In this document: positions 47,905-57,713 of the stretch, in pieces
Position numbering within the stretch: the stretch's first letter is position 1
Layout of the letters: every line of letters begins with the position of its first letter
Origin: a virus
Strand: one strand, 5' to 3'
IMG/VR virus record: IMGVR_UViG_3300047462_000120
DNA length: 64,000 nt
Notes under the pieces: model-generated
What the model saw: only the letters and a program-made list of their open reading frames with translations
What the model was told of the DNA's origin: nothing
Databases searched by the model: none
Program-made: the position numbers and the translations under genes

Positions 47905-48906
47905 TTACGCAGTTACCGCGACTTCACAGCGGCACATCCATTGGTCATTGAGAATCACCGCGCCTTGCATGGCCTTCCACGACACGCGCCCGCGTTGCGC
48001 CAGTGGATCGCTATCGCTTGGCGTCGCGTTGACCACCATCGGCGTCAATGCGAACATGCCTTTCAGTGCCACGATTGCGTAGGAGTTGGCAGCGACGTAG
48101 AGAATCGGGTACACATCGGCATTGACGCCGGATGTGGAAGTCATCAGTCCCTTGGCTGCGCCCGCATCGGGCCATGGCTGGAAGATGGTGGACGACAGGT
48201 ATCGCACATCTTCGACTTTGCCGATTTCATTTTCGTAAGGTGACATCGAGCCGTACTTTTCGACAGGCACGAACACAACTTTGCCGTCGGCACCGAGCAT
48301 GTTGCGGATGTCGGCTTCGCAATCGGGGTGAATCAAGCCGATGAAAGACTTGGCTGTTGGCTCAGTACCATACGACGGTGTCGATTTGGTTACTTTCGTG
48401 ATCTGCTCGGCGTTTTGACGTTTCAGCGCCTTCGTTGCTTTGCGCTGCACCGCAAGCGAAATAGGCGTGTTGACGGCATTGCGCATTGCGCCGTTCGCGT
48501 ACACCACGTTCGCGCCGCCTTTGAGCACGCCGAAACGCATGGTCTCGATCATCTGCGCCGCTTGCTCGCCCAACAGTTCGATGGACTCATTCAACACCGC
48601 ATCTTCATGGGTGTCCATGATGATGTCGGTGATCGTAATCATTGAACCGTACTGCGTCAGCGTGCATGGAATGTCGGTCGTGGACAGTGTGAGCGAGCCG
48701 GGTGTGACGCCTTCGGCCAGTGCGGTCGGCGCATTCGGCAACGCGTTATAGCGTCGGAAAACAATCGTCTTGCTGTTCTGTGCCGGTAATGGTTTCGATT
48801 GACCGAACTTTTCCAGAACCATGAAAGGGATTGCCCGCTTCAACAACTCCTTTTCGGCGTATGCAGCGGTACGTGGCGAGATGTCGCCATATTGAGTAAA
48901 TGCCAT
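47905..48906 (-). CDS. Major capsid protein, N4-gp56 family
   Basis: YGDISPRTAAYAEKELLKRA, LAEGVTP, QYGSMITITD, EIGKVEDVRY, DPLAQRG; ATG 48906 has an AGGA RBS. Confidence 0.93.
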   Translation of the reverse strand: MAFTQYGDISPRTAAYAEKELLKRAIPFMVLEKFGQSKPLPAQNSKTIVFRRYNALPNAPTALAEGVTPGSLTLSTTDIPCTLTQYGSMITITDIIMDTHEDAVLNESIELLGEQAAQMIETMRFGVLKGGANVVYANGAMRNAVNTPISLAVQRKATKALKRQNAEQITKVTKSTPSYGTEPTAKSFIGLIHPDCEADIRNMLGADGKVVFVPVEKYGSMSPYENEIGKVEDVRYLSSTIFQPWPDAGAAKGLMTSTSGVNADVYPILYVAANSYAIVALKGMFALTPMVVNATPSDSDPLAQRGRVSWKAMQGAVILNDQWMCRCEVAVTA

Positions 48907-49157
48907 TCGGGGGATTCCTAAATAGAAGATGAGCGCAGAGTCGGAGTCAGAAATGCGAATCCGCGCGACGCGGCGAGCGCTCAAGGGGACTAATGCCTGT
49001 CCTATTCACGTGCCGCAAATGAAAAAGCCGGTCAAGCAGACGCGAAACCAATGCGGCGCTCACGGCGTATCGCAATGTGTTCCTTCGTCTGCCGACCGGC
49101 AGGTGTTATGTGGTTGCTGGTGATCCGCACCAGCAACGGCGTGTTACGACTTACGGC
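48907..49157 (-). other. Structured 250-nt intergenic leader upstream of the capsid gene
   Basis: 10-bp stem GTTGCTGGTG/CACCAGCAAC (49113-49137); long stem GCCGGTC..GCAGACG/CGTCTGC..GACCGGC (49027-49100) followed by TTTTTC on the minus strand; GAGCGC/GCGCTC enclosing stem (48931-48982). Confidence 0.55.
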
Positions 49158-50123
49158 TTATGCTTCGTTCCAAGCGGCGGCGTAATCATCCGCTCCTGCA
49201 CTTGGCGAACTCGGCAAGCGCAAGCCACTAGATCGAACGCCTTCGGCGGCGTCTGCACCATCGTCGTCATCGTCGCCGCCATCGTCATCGCTACCGCTGG
49301 AAAGCGATTGCTTGTATTGCGTCAACAGCGCCACGATTTCATCGGAACTGCCTGAATCGATGACGCGCTTGGAGTTCGCCTGATCGTCTGGCGACTGACT
49401 GTCTACCCAGTCTTTGAATTGCTTCGAGTCCGTGACTTCCATAAAATCGGCGTGCGCGGCGGCGATGGCCTTGAAATGGTTCTGTTGGCGCTCGGCGCGT
49501 AATTCCTTGATCAGTTGATCGACGGTCGCGGCAACCTTGCTCGATGCGTCACCACCGCCTTTGCCGACGACCTGTTTAATCAGTTGCGTAATCTGCTGTA
49601 CGAAGTCTTCGCCAAAGTCTGCGGCCAGTGCCGTCGCGGGATCGCTCGAATCGTCGCCACTACCTCCCTCTGCATTGTCGTCGGCATCAGGTGAGTCGGT
49701 GCCGTTACCGCTGTCGTCGCCACCATCCCCGCCGTTGTCGGTCGATCCGCCTGTAGTCTTGGCTGACTGATCTGCGCCCGCACGGGGATTGCTCTGTGCT
49801 GCCTCTTTGTCGGCCAGTTCCTTTTCCTTAGCTTTCAAACGACCTTCCCAAGACCGCAATTGCTGTTCGTTCTTCGGTGCGCCTGGAGCGGCGTCGGCTG
49901 CTGCCGGGTCTGCTGTCGCAGAAGCGTCCGCCGATGCATCGGCTGCTGGTGCCGCTGCCGTATCATCAGCAGACGCAGCAGAAGCATCGCTTGATGCATC
50001 CGGCTCGCCATCAGCGCCCGGTGGAAAATCCGATGCTGCCGAATCGCCACTTGGCGCATCTGGCTTGTTGAATTCATCCGCAAACTCTTCGTGTGCGGTC
50101 TTCATTTTCTTGCTGCTTGCCAT
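49158..50123 (-). CDS. Scaffolding protein
   Basis: Acidic, low-complexity, between portal and capsid; ends DDYAAAWNEA. Confidence 0.75.
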   Translation of the reverse strand: MASSKKMKTAHEEFADEFNKPDAPSGDSAASDFPPGADGEPDASSDASAASADDTAAAPAADASADASATADPAAADAAPGAPKNEQQLRSWEGRLKAKEKELADKEAAQSNPRAGADQSAKTTGGSTDNGGDGGDDSGNGTDSPDADDNAEGGSGDDSSDPATALAADFGEDFVQQITQLIKQVVGKGGGDASSKVAATVDQLIKELRAERQQNHFKAIAAAHADFMEVTDSKQFKDWVDSQSPDDQANSKRVIDSGSSDEIVALLTQYKQSLSSGSDDDGGDDDDDGADAAEGVRSSGLRLPSSPSAGADDYAAAWNEA

Positions 50124-50155
50124 GTACTTATCTCCTGTTTGCTTGAATATGCGAT

Positions 50156-50401
50156 TTACACCCGTGGTGACTTGCCACGATCCGGGTTAGCGATGCAGTC
50201 ATAGAGCGCCTTGACTTGCAGCGCCGCGCCTTGCTTGCGCTCCAGTCTTTCCGGGCTAATCGTCACAAGTTCCGCTTGGTAGGTTTCGTACAGTGCGGCG
50301 AGCAATCGGAGCAAGTGCCGTGTCGCATCCGAACTGCGGTAATCGATCACTGCACCGAGTTCTGCTGCGACACTGTCGCGAAGCTGTTGATCAGTCTTCA
50401 T
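50156..50401 (-). CDS. Phage hypothetical protein
   Basis: 81 aa, ATGA-coupled to the portal stop. Confidence 0.7.
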   Translation of the reverse strand: MKTDQQLRDSVAAELGAVIDYRSSDATRHLLRLLAALYETYQAELVTISPERLERKQGAALQVKALYDCIANPDRGKSPRV

Positions 50402-52830
50402 GTCGGCCCAGGCTCCGCTTTGCTTTGCCCCATCCCGACGTGTTCACCAACGCGCTCGCCCACGTTTGCGCCAACATTTGCGCTTGGCGGGGTCAGCGGG
50501 TCACTGCCTTGTCCCGAACTTGCCGCATCATCCATTGACGGTTGCGATTGGTCAGGTGGCGCGGCTGCTGCCTGTGGCGGTACAGGAAGATTCGCCGTCG
50601 CCATGCCGGGCGGTACCGGGCCATCCGCTGCCGGGTTCGTTTGTGCTGAACCCGGCTGTGCAGAATTGGACGGTACCGGCCCGCCTGTTTGCGGCGCTCC
50701 CGGCTGCGCTGTAATCGCCGGGGTGTGATCGACCCATCCTGCCGACTTGAGGATGGCATCGCCTGCCGGAGCGACTTCAGGTCGTTCCGTCGCCACGCCG
50801 CCAGCTTCCATGCCTGCGTATGCGGTATCCACATTGGCTTTCACTGTCAGTGCTTTGATGCGATCAACATCGGCCAAGGTCTTGGAAATTTCCGCCTGCA
50901 TTTGATCCAGCTTCGCTTGCGTCAACTGCATGTTGAGCGCTTGAATCTGTTGCTGCGCTTGCTGCTGCGCTGCCGCTGCTTGTTGCGCTGCCTGGCTATT
51001 CTGTTGTGCGGCAACTTCTTCCTCGGTCATGACAACGTCTTTCAGGTCGTGCGCCTCGGCGCGCTGGCGCAAAAGTTGGGCGCGCTTGATATACGGCGCA
51101 TCGAGCGGGTTGGATGACATCTGCGCAAATTGATCAAGCTGTTGCGCTCGTACCTCTTTTGCCATTAACGAAGCCGTACCGCGCGCCGTCACGTCGAAGT
51201 CTCCCTTGACAGAATTGTCCGGGTTGAACTGCATGTTCCACTTGTACAGCGCTTCGATGAATGGCCGGGTGATGCCTTCATCGTAGTTGGTGATCAGGTC
51301 TTTCATGACGATGGATGCCGAAGACATCAACATTGACATACCTGACGCCGTACCAGCAGCGCCCGACGTGGCGTTTTCGCCCTGCATGTAACGCGGTATC
51401 GCCGTCACATCGTCTGCATTGGCTTGAAACATCTGGACGATAGGCATCAACTCTTCGATGCCGCTATCGACTTTGACGACGCGCAGTGCTGGCGAATTCG
51501 GGTCGTCGCCGTTGCGCTTCCAAATCTTGAACGGAAACATTTCGTCGGCGTCCTCGTCATCCGCGAGCAGCTTCATGTTGGCCTCGATCTGCGGGCCAGC
51601 AGTCAGCGCCGCGTGATCCAGCACCATACGTGTCGCAGCGTTGATCATTTCCTGATCATCCCGCATGACCGTACAGATACCGTCGCCAAAGATAGACGTT
51701 TCGTCTTTGTCGAAGTAGTACATGTGATACGGCCACGTCACGCCGTTAATCGGCGTCAGCACGACCTTGATCACTTCACCGTTCGGGAACATCCACACAT
51801 TGCTGAAGAATGTCTCGTGCAAGCGATTGGGTGGCACGGTCACGCCGGAATTCGATAGCGTCTCGCCGTCGATCCATCCCCATCGCTCCAGCACTTCGTA
51901 CAGGCCGTCATCCTTGGTCGTGGTGGACATGCGCTTACCAAGCTGACGAATCTCCGCATCGAACTGGCGTATGTTTTGCATACCGTTCGGATTCGACAAG
52001 ATGTAGTCCGTGATCTTCGCACCGTCGAAGCTCTTGCGTTCTGCCAGCGCAGCAAGAACCGGGCGCGTCAGCAAGTGCCGCTCCCACACGTAGCGACAGT
52101 TTTCCAACTCGGTTGCGGCCATATCTGGGTAGAATCGCCACAGAGGGACGTAGTCAACGAATGGCACGACGTAAGATTCCGTCTGCATCTTCCACTTGCG
52201 CTTGACCAGCGTGAATTTCGTTCGCGTCTTGCGTTCGACCAACGGCGCTTTCAGGATGCCGGTGCCATACAGGTGACCGGAATGCAGCACCATGCGCGCA
52301 GTTTTCTTGTAACGGGATTCCGACAACTGGTCATCCATCACTTTGGTCATGCCGTCTGCGGCGGTCGCTACGGCTTTGACAATCGCTTGATCCAATTCCT
52401 GCTTTGTTGGAGGACGGCCAAGCTCCTGCATCAACACCTGCGCGATTGTGCTGACCGTTTCGTCGTCCAGGCTAGGTACTGGCGACGGATCGATAGTCCA
52501 GTTCCGTTCGCTGCCGGATGGGAATAACAGGTCTGCGACACGTGCATCAACCGTCTTCACTTTGACGCGCGATGCCCGGTTGAACGCTTTGGAGCGGTGC
52601 TTGCCTATCAGTGATTCGACCTCCGGGTCGTAGATGCCGCGATATTGCCGCAAATCCTTCAACCAGCGTTGCTCGGTCGGCATGCGTTGCATTTCCGCGT
52701 GCTTGAATTCGCTGATCAGCATCGTGCCGAGCGCATCAATCTCCTGATAGGGCGCAATCGAATCGGTATTCATGCCCGCTGCTGCGGCGGCGATGTATTC
52801 GTTCTGCTCCTGTTGCTGTTGGTCGTTCAT
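50398..52830 (-). CDS. Portal protein
   Basis: WLKDLRQYRGIY, YGTGILKAP, DVTAIPRYMQG, TASGMSMLM, KGDFDVTARG; follows the terminase. Confidence 0.9.
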   Translation of the reverse strand: MNDQQQQEQNEYIAAAAAGMNTDSIAPYQEIDALGTMLISEFKHAEMQRMPTEQRWLKDLRQYRGIYDPEVESLIGKHRSKAFNRASRVKVKTVDARVADLLFPSGSERNWTIDPSPVPSLDDETVSTIAQVLMQELGRPPTKQELDQAIVKAVATAADGMTKVMDDQLSESRYKKTARMVLHSGHLYGTGILKAPLVERKTRTKFTLVKRKWKMQTESYVVPFVDYVPLWRFYPDMAATELENCRYVWERHLLTRPVLAALAERKSFDGAKITDYILSNPNGMQNIRQFDAEIRQLGKRMSTTTKDDGLYEVLERWGWIDGETLSNSGVTVPPNRLHETFFSNVWMFPNGEVIKVVLTPINGVTWPYHMYYFDKDETSIFGDGICTVMRDDQEMINAATRMVLDHAALTAGPQIEANMKLLADDEDADEMFPFKIWKRNGDDPNSPALRVVKVDSGIEELMPIVQMFQANADDVTAIPRYMQGENATSGAAGTASGMSMLMSSASIVMKDLITNYDEGITRPFIEALYKWNMQFNPDNSVKGDFDVTARGTASLMAKEVRAQQLDQFAQMSSNPLDAPYIKRAQLLRQRAEAHDLKDVVMTEEEVAAQQNSQAAQQAAAAQQQAQQQIQALNMQLTQAKLDQMQAEISKTLADVDRIKALTVKANVDTAYAGMEAGGVATERPEVAPAGDAILKSAGWVDHTPAITAQPGAPQTGGPVPSNSAQPGSAQTNPAADGPVPPGMATANLPVPPQAAAAPPDQSQPSMDDAASSGQGSDPLTPPSANVGANVGERVGEHVGMGQSKAEPGPT

Positions 52831-52833
52831 AGT

Positions 52834-52947
52834 TCAATCTACGTTGTACTGCCCGCGCCACATCGCGATCAAAATCCACAGGTAGGCTCCGATTGCCAAG
52901 CAACCGACAGCAGCCAACAGGTAAAGTAGATAAGTCAGAAAGTGCAT
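52834..52947 (-). CDS. Small single-TM phage protein
   Basis: 37-aa hydrophobic ORF with GGGCGC/AGGA-like spacing after a hairpin; fills the gap before the portal. Confidence 0.5.
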   Translation of the reverse strand: MHFLTYLLYLLAAVGCLAIGAYLWILIAMWRGQYNVD

Positions 52948-53014
52948 AGCGCCCAAAATAAAAAAGCCTCTGGAAAGGGGTTGGTTGTTACTGCATGTGA
53001 TTGCTTGGCGTGTC

Positions 53015-53386
53015 TTACTCTTCCCACGCCTTGCGATAGGCTTCCTGCGGGGTGTCTTCCTCACCGTCGTCGTCGCGTGCTGCCGGTGCTTTGCCTGCGG
53101 CGACTACTGCAACCGGCGCGGCTCCCGGCTTGGCTGGCGGGGCAGCTTGCGCCACTTTGCCATCCTTGCCGACTGATGGTGCGGCGCTGGTCGTCGGGAT
53201 GGAGTTATCCACTGCGCTTGCTGATCCGTGGCTGTCGCTGTTCTGCGTGGGTGCGTTGGCAGCGTCGGCGATGATCGTCACTGCGGGAATGATTGCAGCG
53301 GAAGCCGGTGCCGGTGGATCATGCCCCCAAATCTTACGGGCGGCTGTCTCGTAGTCTTTATGCTCTGCGTCGCGCGGATTGATCAT
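53015..53386 (-). CDS. Phage hypothetical low-complexity protein
   Basis: 123 aa, ends EAYRKAWEE, similar to the scaffold C-terminus. Confidence 0.65.
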   Translation of the reverse strand: MINPRDAEHKDYETAARKIWGHDPPAPASAAIIPAVTIIADAANAPTQNSDSHGSASAVDNSIPTTSAAPSVGKDGKVAQAAPPAKPGAAPVAVVAAGKAPAARDDDGEEDTPQEAYRKAWEE

Positions 53387-53403
53387 GGTGCGTTCCTCTT
53401 TTG

Positions 53404-54927
53404 TTAATAGCCTGCTCGCGAAGGAGCCTTCTTGTTGCTGCGTCGATGCCCTCGATCTTCGCGTACTGCTTTCGATGCGACGTTTTCTGCGAATGTTAAG
53501 GCGATGGCGTCGCCACCGTCGGGCGAGCGGATGCCGCGCTTGCGCATGTCGTCTTTCGATTCGATCAAGCGCGTACCATTACTTGCGTACTTATAGCCCG
53601 GCGCGGAAATATCAGCGATCAGTGCCGTATCGTTCGGCAAGCGGCACGGTTGATCTTCCAGAAATTCTTTCATCCGGTACCACATCTCCGCGCGCTTGTT
53701 GGCGTAGAGTTCGCCGTCCTCTGCTTTTGACGCAGAGTTGACGCCGATTGCCGGAATGTTCAGCTCAAGCAAGCGGTCAAAGATGCCGCTGCCGATACCA
53801 ATCTTGTCGATGAATAGCGCGTCCGGCTCGAATTCCTTCCAGTAAGCCGCGAGCAAACCGGCGACTTCCATCGGCCCCTTTTTCTCGTGGTATTCAATAC
53901 GGAAGACGGTGCGACCATGACGAAAGGCGATTGCCGTGCGGTCAGCGCCGTACTCTGCCGGGTCACAAGCAATGACAAATGCGCCCACTCTCTCGCGATA
54001 GCTGCTGTTGACTGCGGCCATCACGGTCGTCGGATTGATCAGCGGATCGTTCGTCGCTGTACGGAATGCAAGCGATGCAGTTGCGGGATACTCTTGATCG
54101 AACAACCACTCGAATCCCGCGCCGTATAGAATGATCTTGTTGCGTCGCCAAGCCATCTGCGCACGGTCAAGACCATAAGCTTCCATGTATTTGTAGTCAT
54201 CCGGGGACAACTCAAAATTCGCTGGAACAATGGCGCGGTATTCATCCTGCCAAAACCACGGCACGAAGATGGCGATGTATTCACCGATACCGGCTTCGGC
54301 GTCCTGCCAAAGCAAATGGAACTTGTTGCCAATGCCGTTCGCTGTCGATTCAAGGATGATTTCGGTGCCGTCAACGTCTGCGACAGTGTTGCCAAGGCCC
54401 GCGAAGTGCATTTCGGGACTATCCCAGAAGCCGAACTCGGAACCATGCAAAAATTGCGCGGTGTTGGAACGCCCAACGTCTTTCGATCCAGCAGTGGCAA
54501 GCAGGTAGCCGCCGTCCAGCGTCGAGAACTTCAGTTCCTTGGCATTTGTCGCACTCGTGGCAGGCGCAATCGGATTGTTTTCATGGTAGCGTTTGACCAT
54601 GTTAAACAGGTTGTCCGTCGCTTTCTGCTCATGGGCAACGATGAAAGCCTTCACACCGAAGTTCATCGACGTGCGATGATAGAAGCGGGAACCGATGTAG
54701 GTGGATGCGCCTTGTTGCCGTCCCTTCAGGATCAACGCACGTACCTTGCCGGTGCGTTCAAGCTGCTCTTGCAAGCGATGATGGATGTGCCGCTGTGCGC
54801 GATTGAATACCAGCGGAACCTTGCGACCTTGCTTGTCCAGAATGAACATGCAGGTCTTGGCGTGCAACTCTTGTTCGTTGCGCAGTCGGGCAATCGCGGC
54901 GATCTTTGCAGCGTTATTGCTTGCCAT
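53404..54927 (-). CDS. Terminase large subunit
   Basis: ILKGRQQGAST, HGSEFGFW, ESTANG, CDPAEYGADRT, SPDGGDA. Confidence 0.95.
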   Translation of the reverse strand: MASNNAAKIAAIARLRNEQELHAKTCMFILDKQGRKVPLVFNRAQRHIHHRLQEQLERTGKVRALILKGRQQGASTYIGSRFYHRTSMNFGVKAFIVAHEQKATDNLFNMVKRYHENNPIAPATSATNAKELKFSTLDGGYLLATAGSKDVGRSNTAQFLHGSEFGFWDSPEMHFAGLGNTVADVDGTEIILESTANGIGNKFHLLWQDAEAGIGEYIAIFVPWFWQDEYRAIVPANFELSPDDYKYMEAYGLDRAQMAWRRNKIILYGAGFEWLFDQEYPATASLAFRTATNDPLINPTTVMAAVNSSYRERVGAFVIACDPAEYGADRTAIAFRHGRTVFRIEYHEKKGPMEVAGLLAAYWKEFEPDALFIDKIGIGSGIFDRLLELNIPAIGVNSASKAEDGELYANKRAEMWYRMKEFLEDQPCRLPNDTALIADISAPGYKYASNGTRLIESKDDMRKRGIRSPDGGDAIALTFAENVASKAVREDRGHRRSNKKAPSRAGY

Positions 54928-55549
54928 CAGCCAACGCAATCTGCTTCAATACTGTTTCGATGCCGCCTTCGCTATTGCTTTCTTTCTGATCCAAGCCGAA
55001 AGCTTCACGCTCCAGGGCGACAAGCGACTTCAGCGAATCCGCCAGCGTCTTCATCGTCGAAGATCGACCCGCCAAGCTGATGACCTTGTTGAATAGATCG
55101 TTGCGCTTGTCCGTACCTTTATCGTCGGGACTGGACATGATTTCTGCCAACTGCGTGTACAGGTCAAGGTTGTCCGTCTGGTGCTCAAGTTCGCCCAAGA
55201 GACTCATCGTGATCCTGCGTGCGCGCTGAATATCCGTGCGATGGGACAGAACGATGTCGGTCTGCACTTGCGCGTTGATATCGACAAGTACGCGCTCCGA
55301 AAGCTCGGTTTCTGTGCGTACCACGCTGCGTACCGTTGCGGTGCGTACCAAGTTTTCTGCCTTGGCTTTGATCTTTGGAGCAAGATCGCGCTGCCAGTCG
55401 TCCTTCTTTGCACGTTTGCGGATGGCACCTTCTGTTACGCCAAACTCCGCTTCCAGCATACGCAGCGATTTGATACCGGCGCGGTACTCACGCTCAATGG
55501 CAATCCAATCAATCGCCTGTTTCTTGCTTACTTCCTTGTTTATTGACAT
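54914..55549 (-). CDS. Terminase small subunit
   Basis: IDWIAIEREYRAG..SLR...GVTEGAIRKRAKKDDW HTH; overlaps the large-subunit start. Confidence 0.88.
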   Translation of the reverse strand: MSINKEVSKKQAIDWIAIEREYRAGIKSLRMLEAEFGVTEGAIRKRAKKDDWQRDLAPKIKAKAENLVRTATVRSVVRTETELSERVLVDINAQVQTDIVLSHRTDIQRARRITMSLLGELEHQTDNLDLYTQLAEIMSSPDDKGTDKRNDLFNKVISLAGRSSTMKTLADSLKSLVALEREAFGLDQKESNSEGGIETVLKQIALADGKQ

Positions 55550-55916
55550 GTGGTTTCACTTCATCCGGCGACAGGTCACGGCACGACAAGGAGCCATTCC
55601 CACCGAGAATCAGCGCTTGCACTCTGTCGGGCGCAACATGGAGCGTCGTCAACACAACGCATTGTTTGTCTACAGTGCGTGCGACTCGTTGAGCCTCACG
55701 TCTGCGTGTTTCGATATCCCGCGTTTGATCAAGCGCTTCGACGGACGGCGAAGGCTTGGCACCATAAAGAAGGAGATGGCATTTCGTGCTATGAGCGGTT
55801 TTCACGTGGTTAGAGGCGCTTGTCGGCGCAACCAGCCTGGAAAGCTTGGAGATATCGCGACTGCGATCAATCGAATCCTGCAACGCTTGCCGCCTCAGTA
55901 GTACGCACGCACTCAT
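55509..55916 (-). CDS. Hypothetical protein
   Basis: TAATG coupling to the upstream stop; otherwise unsupported. Confidence 0.4.
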   Translation of the reverse strand: MSACVLLRRQALQDSIDRSRDISKLSRLVAPTSASNHVKTAHSTKCHLLLYGAKPSPSVEALDQTRDIETRRREAQRVARTVDKQCVVLTTLHVAPDRVQALILGGNGSLSCRDLSPDEVKPHVNKQGSKQETGD

Positions 55917-56209
55917 TACGCGCCTTTGCGGGCGACAAGCATGAAGTAGCGCTCGCCAACACGCCAGCGATAGCCAGCCGGGTCTTTTGCAGTCATGCGC
56001 TTGGCTTGCGACTTTGATTTGATGATGCGCGGCTGGACGCGATTTTCCTTGATGAACTTCACCAAACCGGACATCAATTCCGGCCCGACATCGATCAGCT
56101 TGCGTTTGTCGTCGACAGCTTTATGCAGATCGGTCAATGCCTTGGCGACTTCCGGGTCGGCTTCATTCGGGATTTCAACGTGTTCGGTACTTGAGGCGTG
56201 GTGTGTCAT
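55916..56209 (-). CDS. Phage hypothetical protein
   Basis: 97 aa, protein-like composition. Confidence 0.65.
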   Translation of the reverse strand: MTHHASSTEHVEIPNEADPEVAKALTDLHKAVDDKRKLIDVGPELMSGLVKFIKENRVQPRIIKSKSQAKRMTAKDPAGYRWRVGERYFMLVARKGA

Positions 56210-56654
56210 GCGTTCATCCAGTTACGCGCCTATTGCGCTGATTGATAGGGGAAATGTTTGCCTGGGTTGCGCTGCTTCGGCGCTAATTCAGACTGGCGGT
56301 ATGCGCGGAGGTAACCGGCAACTCCGACATCAGGGCGAACAGGCGATTGAGCGACCGGCGTGCGCCGCGCCACTTCGTCTGTTCATGGCACTCATCGTGT
56401 GCGCTTGGTGGTGCGGAGCCATCAACGCTGATCCCGTGTGCCAACTCCAAGAGAATTTCATCCCTGCCTGAATCGACCTCGATTGCGGCGCGCTCCCACG
56501 GCATTGCCGGGTTACGAGCGGAATCTATGGTCATCGGTTCGATGCAAATCGGTGCCAGAGGCGTAGGAGCCTTCTTGCAGCGGATCGGCGCAGCGACCGG
56601 GCATGTTGGATTGTGTGGAGCGGGCTGGTTCATACGATTGACGGCATGTGAAAT

Positions 56655-56688
56655 AAAAAAGCCCCGGCGCATTGCTGCGACCAGGGCA
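56655..56688 (-). terminator. Intrinsic terminator
   Basis: GC-rich stem GCCCCGG...CCAGGGC with an A6 run on the left. Confidence 0.65.
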
Positions 56689-56834
56689 AGGCGTCAAAGC
56701 TGACGCGAGGGGTAAAATTGTGTGCTGTGACAGGAGACAGCGAAACGATGTCACCTCAAGGATAGCGATTCCAATTACCTGAATCCTCATTCTTGAAAGG
56801 ACAAGGCCCGAAGTCGGCAATCCGGCTTCGGGCC

Positions 56835-56910
56835 ATACTGAAGGCGGGGATCGAACCCGCAAATGTGGCCGAGTTTCCACGGCTGCAATACCTAATCTGC
56901 CACTCCAGTA
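56835..56910 (-). tRNA. tRNA-like element with an atypical anticodon arm (possible pseudo-tRNA)
   Basis: Minus strand: acceptor TACTGGA/TTCAGTA, D-arm GCAG-ATTAGGTA-TTGC, T-arm GCGGG-TTCGATC-CCCGC. The anticodon arm is GCCG-TGGAAACT-CGGC (4 bp plus 8-nt loop). No encoded CCA. Confidence 0.6.
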
Positions 56911-56950
56911 ACCGCTGCGACCAAGATCGCGGCGGATTTAAGCTCGACCA

Positions 56951-57193
56951 CTACATCAGCAGCCCGGCGATTTTGCCAGCCACCATGCGTGCGCGCGTCG
57001 CTTCGGCAACCGATTTATCGTGTTCGATTGCCGCCGATTCATGCACCGCTTTATGCTTGGCGGCATCGCTCAGATGGCTATCCGCATGCAAAATCAGTTC
57101 GCTGTGCATGTCCTTGAACTGCTTGGTGATGGCGTCAACGGTGCGCGGTCGTGCCATCGTGCGATGAATTCGCTTAACCATTGTCTTGATCAT
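56951..57193 (-). CDS. Phage hypothetical protein
   Basis: Helical ORF of about 80 aa overlapping the upstream stop. Confidence 0.6.
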   Translation of the reverse strand: MIKTMVKRIHRTMARPRTVDAITKQFKDMHSELILHADSHLSDAAKHKAVHESAAIEHDKSVAEATRARMVAGKIAGLLM

Positions 57194-57506
57194 TGACTTC
57201 TCCTGGGTGTTGCGCCATGAACAGCGCGCGCATCTTGGCGATGAAGGATTCGACGGTAGCCTTGATACCGGCGATGGCGGTACTTCCGGCAGCATCGACA
57301 CTGGCCTCTGTGCTGCCTAGGTCGTCTTCCAGCTTTTGCAGCAAGTCCAAATGCGGCGTAGCGACCGCAGTTGTCGCGACTGGGATCGCAGTATCGCTCG
57401 TTGGCGTCGATGTCGCCAAGGTAGTGGTCGTATCGGATGTTGTAGCGGTAGCGTTCGCCACGGCTGGCGATGGCTGAGTAGCGGTATTTGTTTCTTGAAT
57501 CGGCAT
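57174..57506 (-). CDS. Phage hypothetical T/A-rich protein
   Basis: 110 aa with an AGGA RBS. Confidence 0.65.
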   Translation of the reverse strand: MPIQETNTATQPSPAVANATATTSDTTTTLATSTPTSDTAIPVATTAVATPHLDLLQKLEDDLGSTEASVDAAGSTAIAGIKATVESFIAKMRALFMAQHPGEVNDQDNG

Positions 57507-57552
57507 ATTGTTCCTGTATGTGGTTGCACATTTAAATCAGCCGCAGAAATGC

Positions 57553-57581
57553 AAAAAGCCCCGCTTTTGCGAGGCTTTTTT
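57553..57581. terminator. Bidirectional intrinsic terminator after the moron
   Basis: AAAAAGCC...GGCTTTTTT. Confidence 0.75.
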
Positions 57582-57713
57582 GGATTGCTTTTCTACAGAT
57601 TCAGTTTTTCAATCTACTGAAATGAGACTGAATTTTGACAGGTTCGTGCCATTTTGTCGCTGCCTAAAATCTGCCATTCTTTTGGCACATCGGGCAACCG
57701 GATTCGCCGGGCA

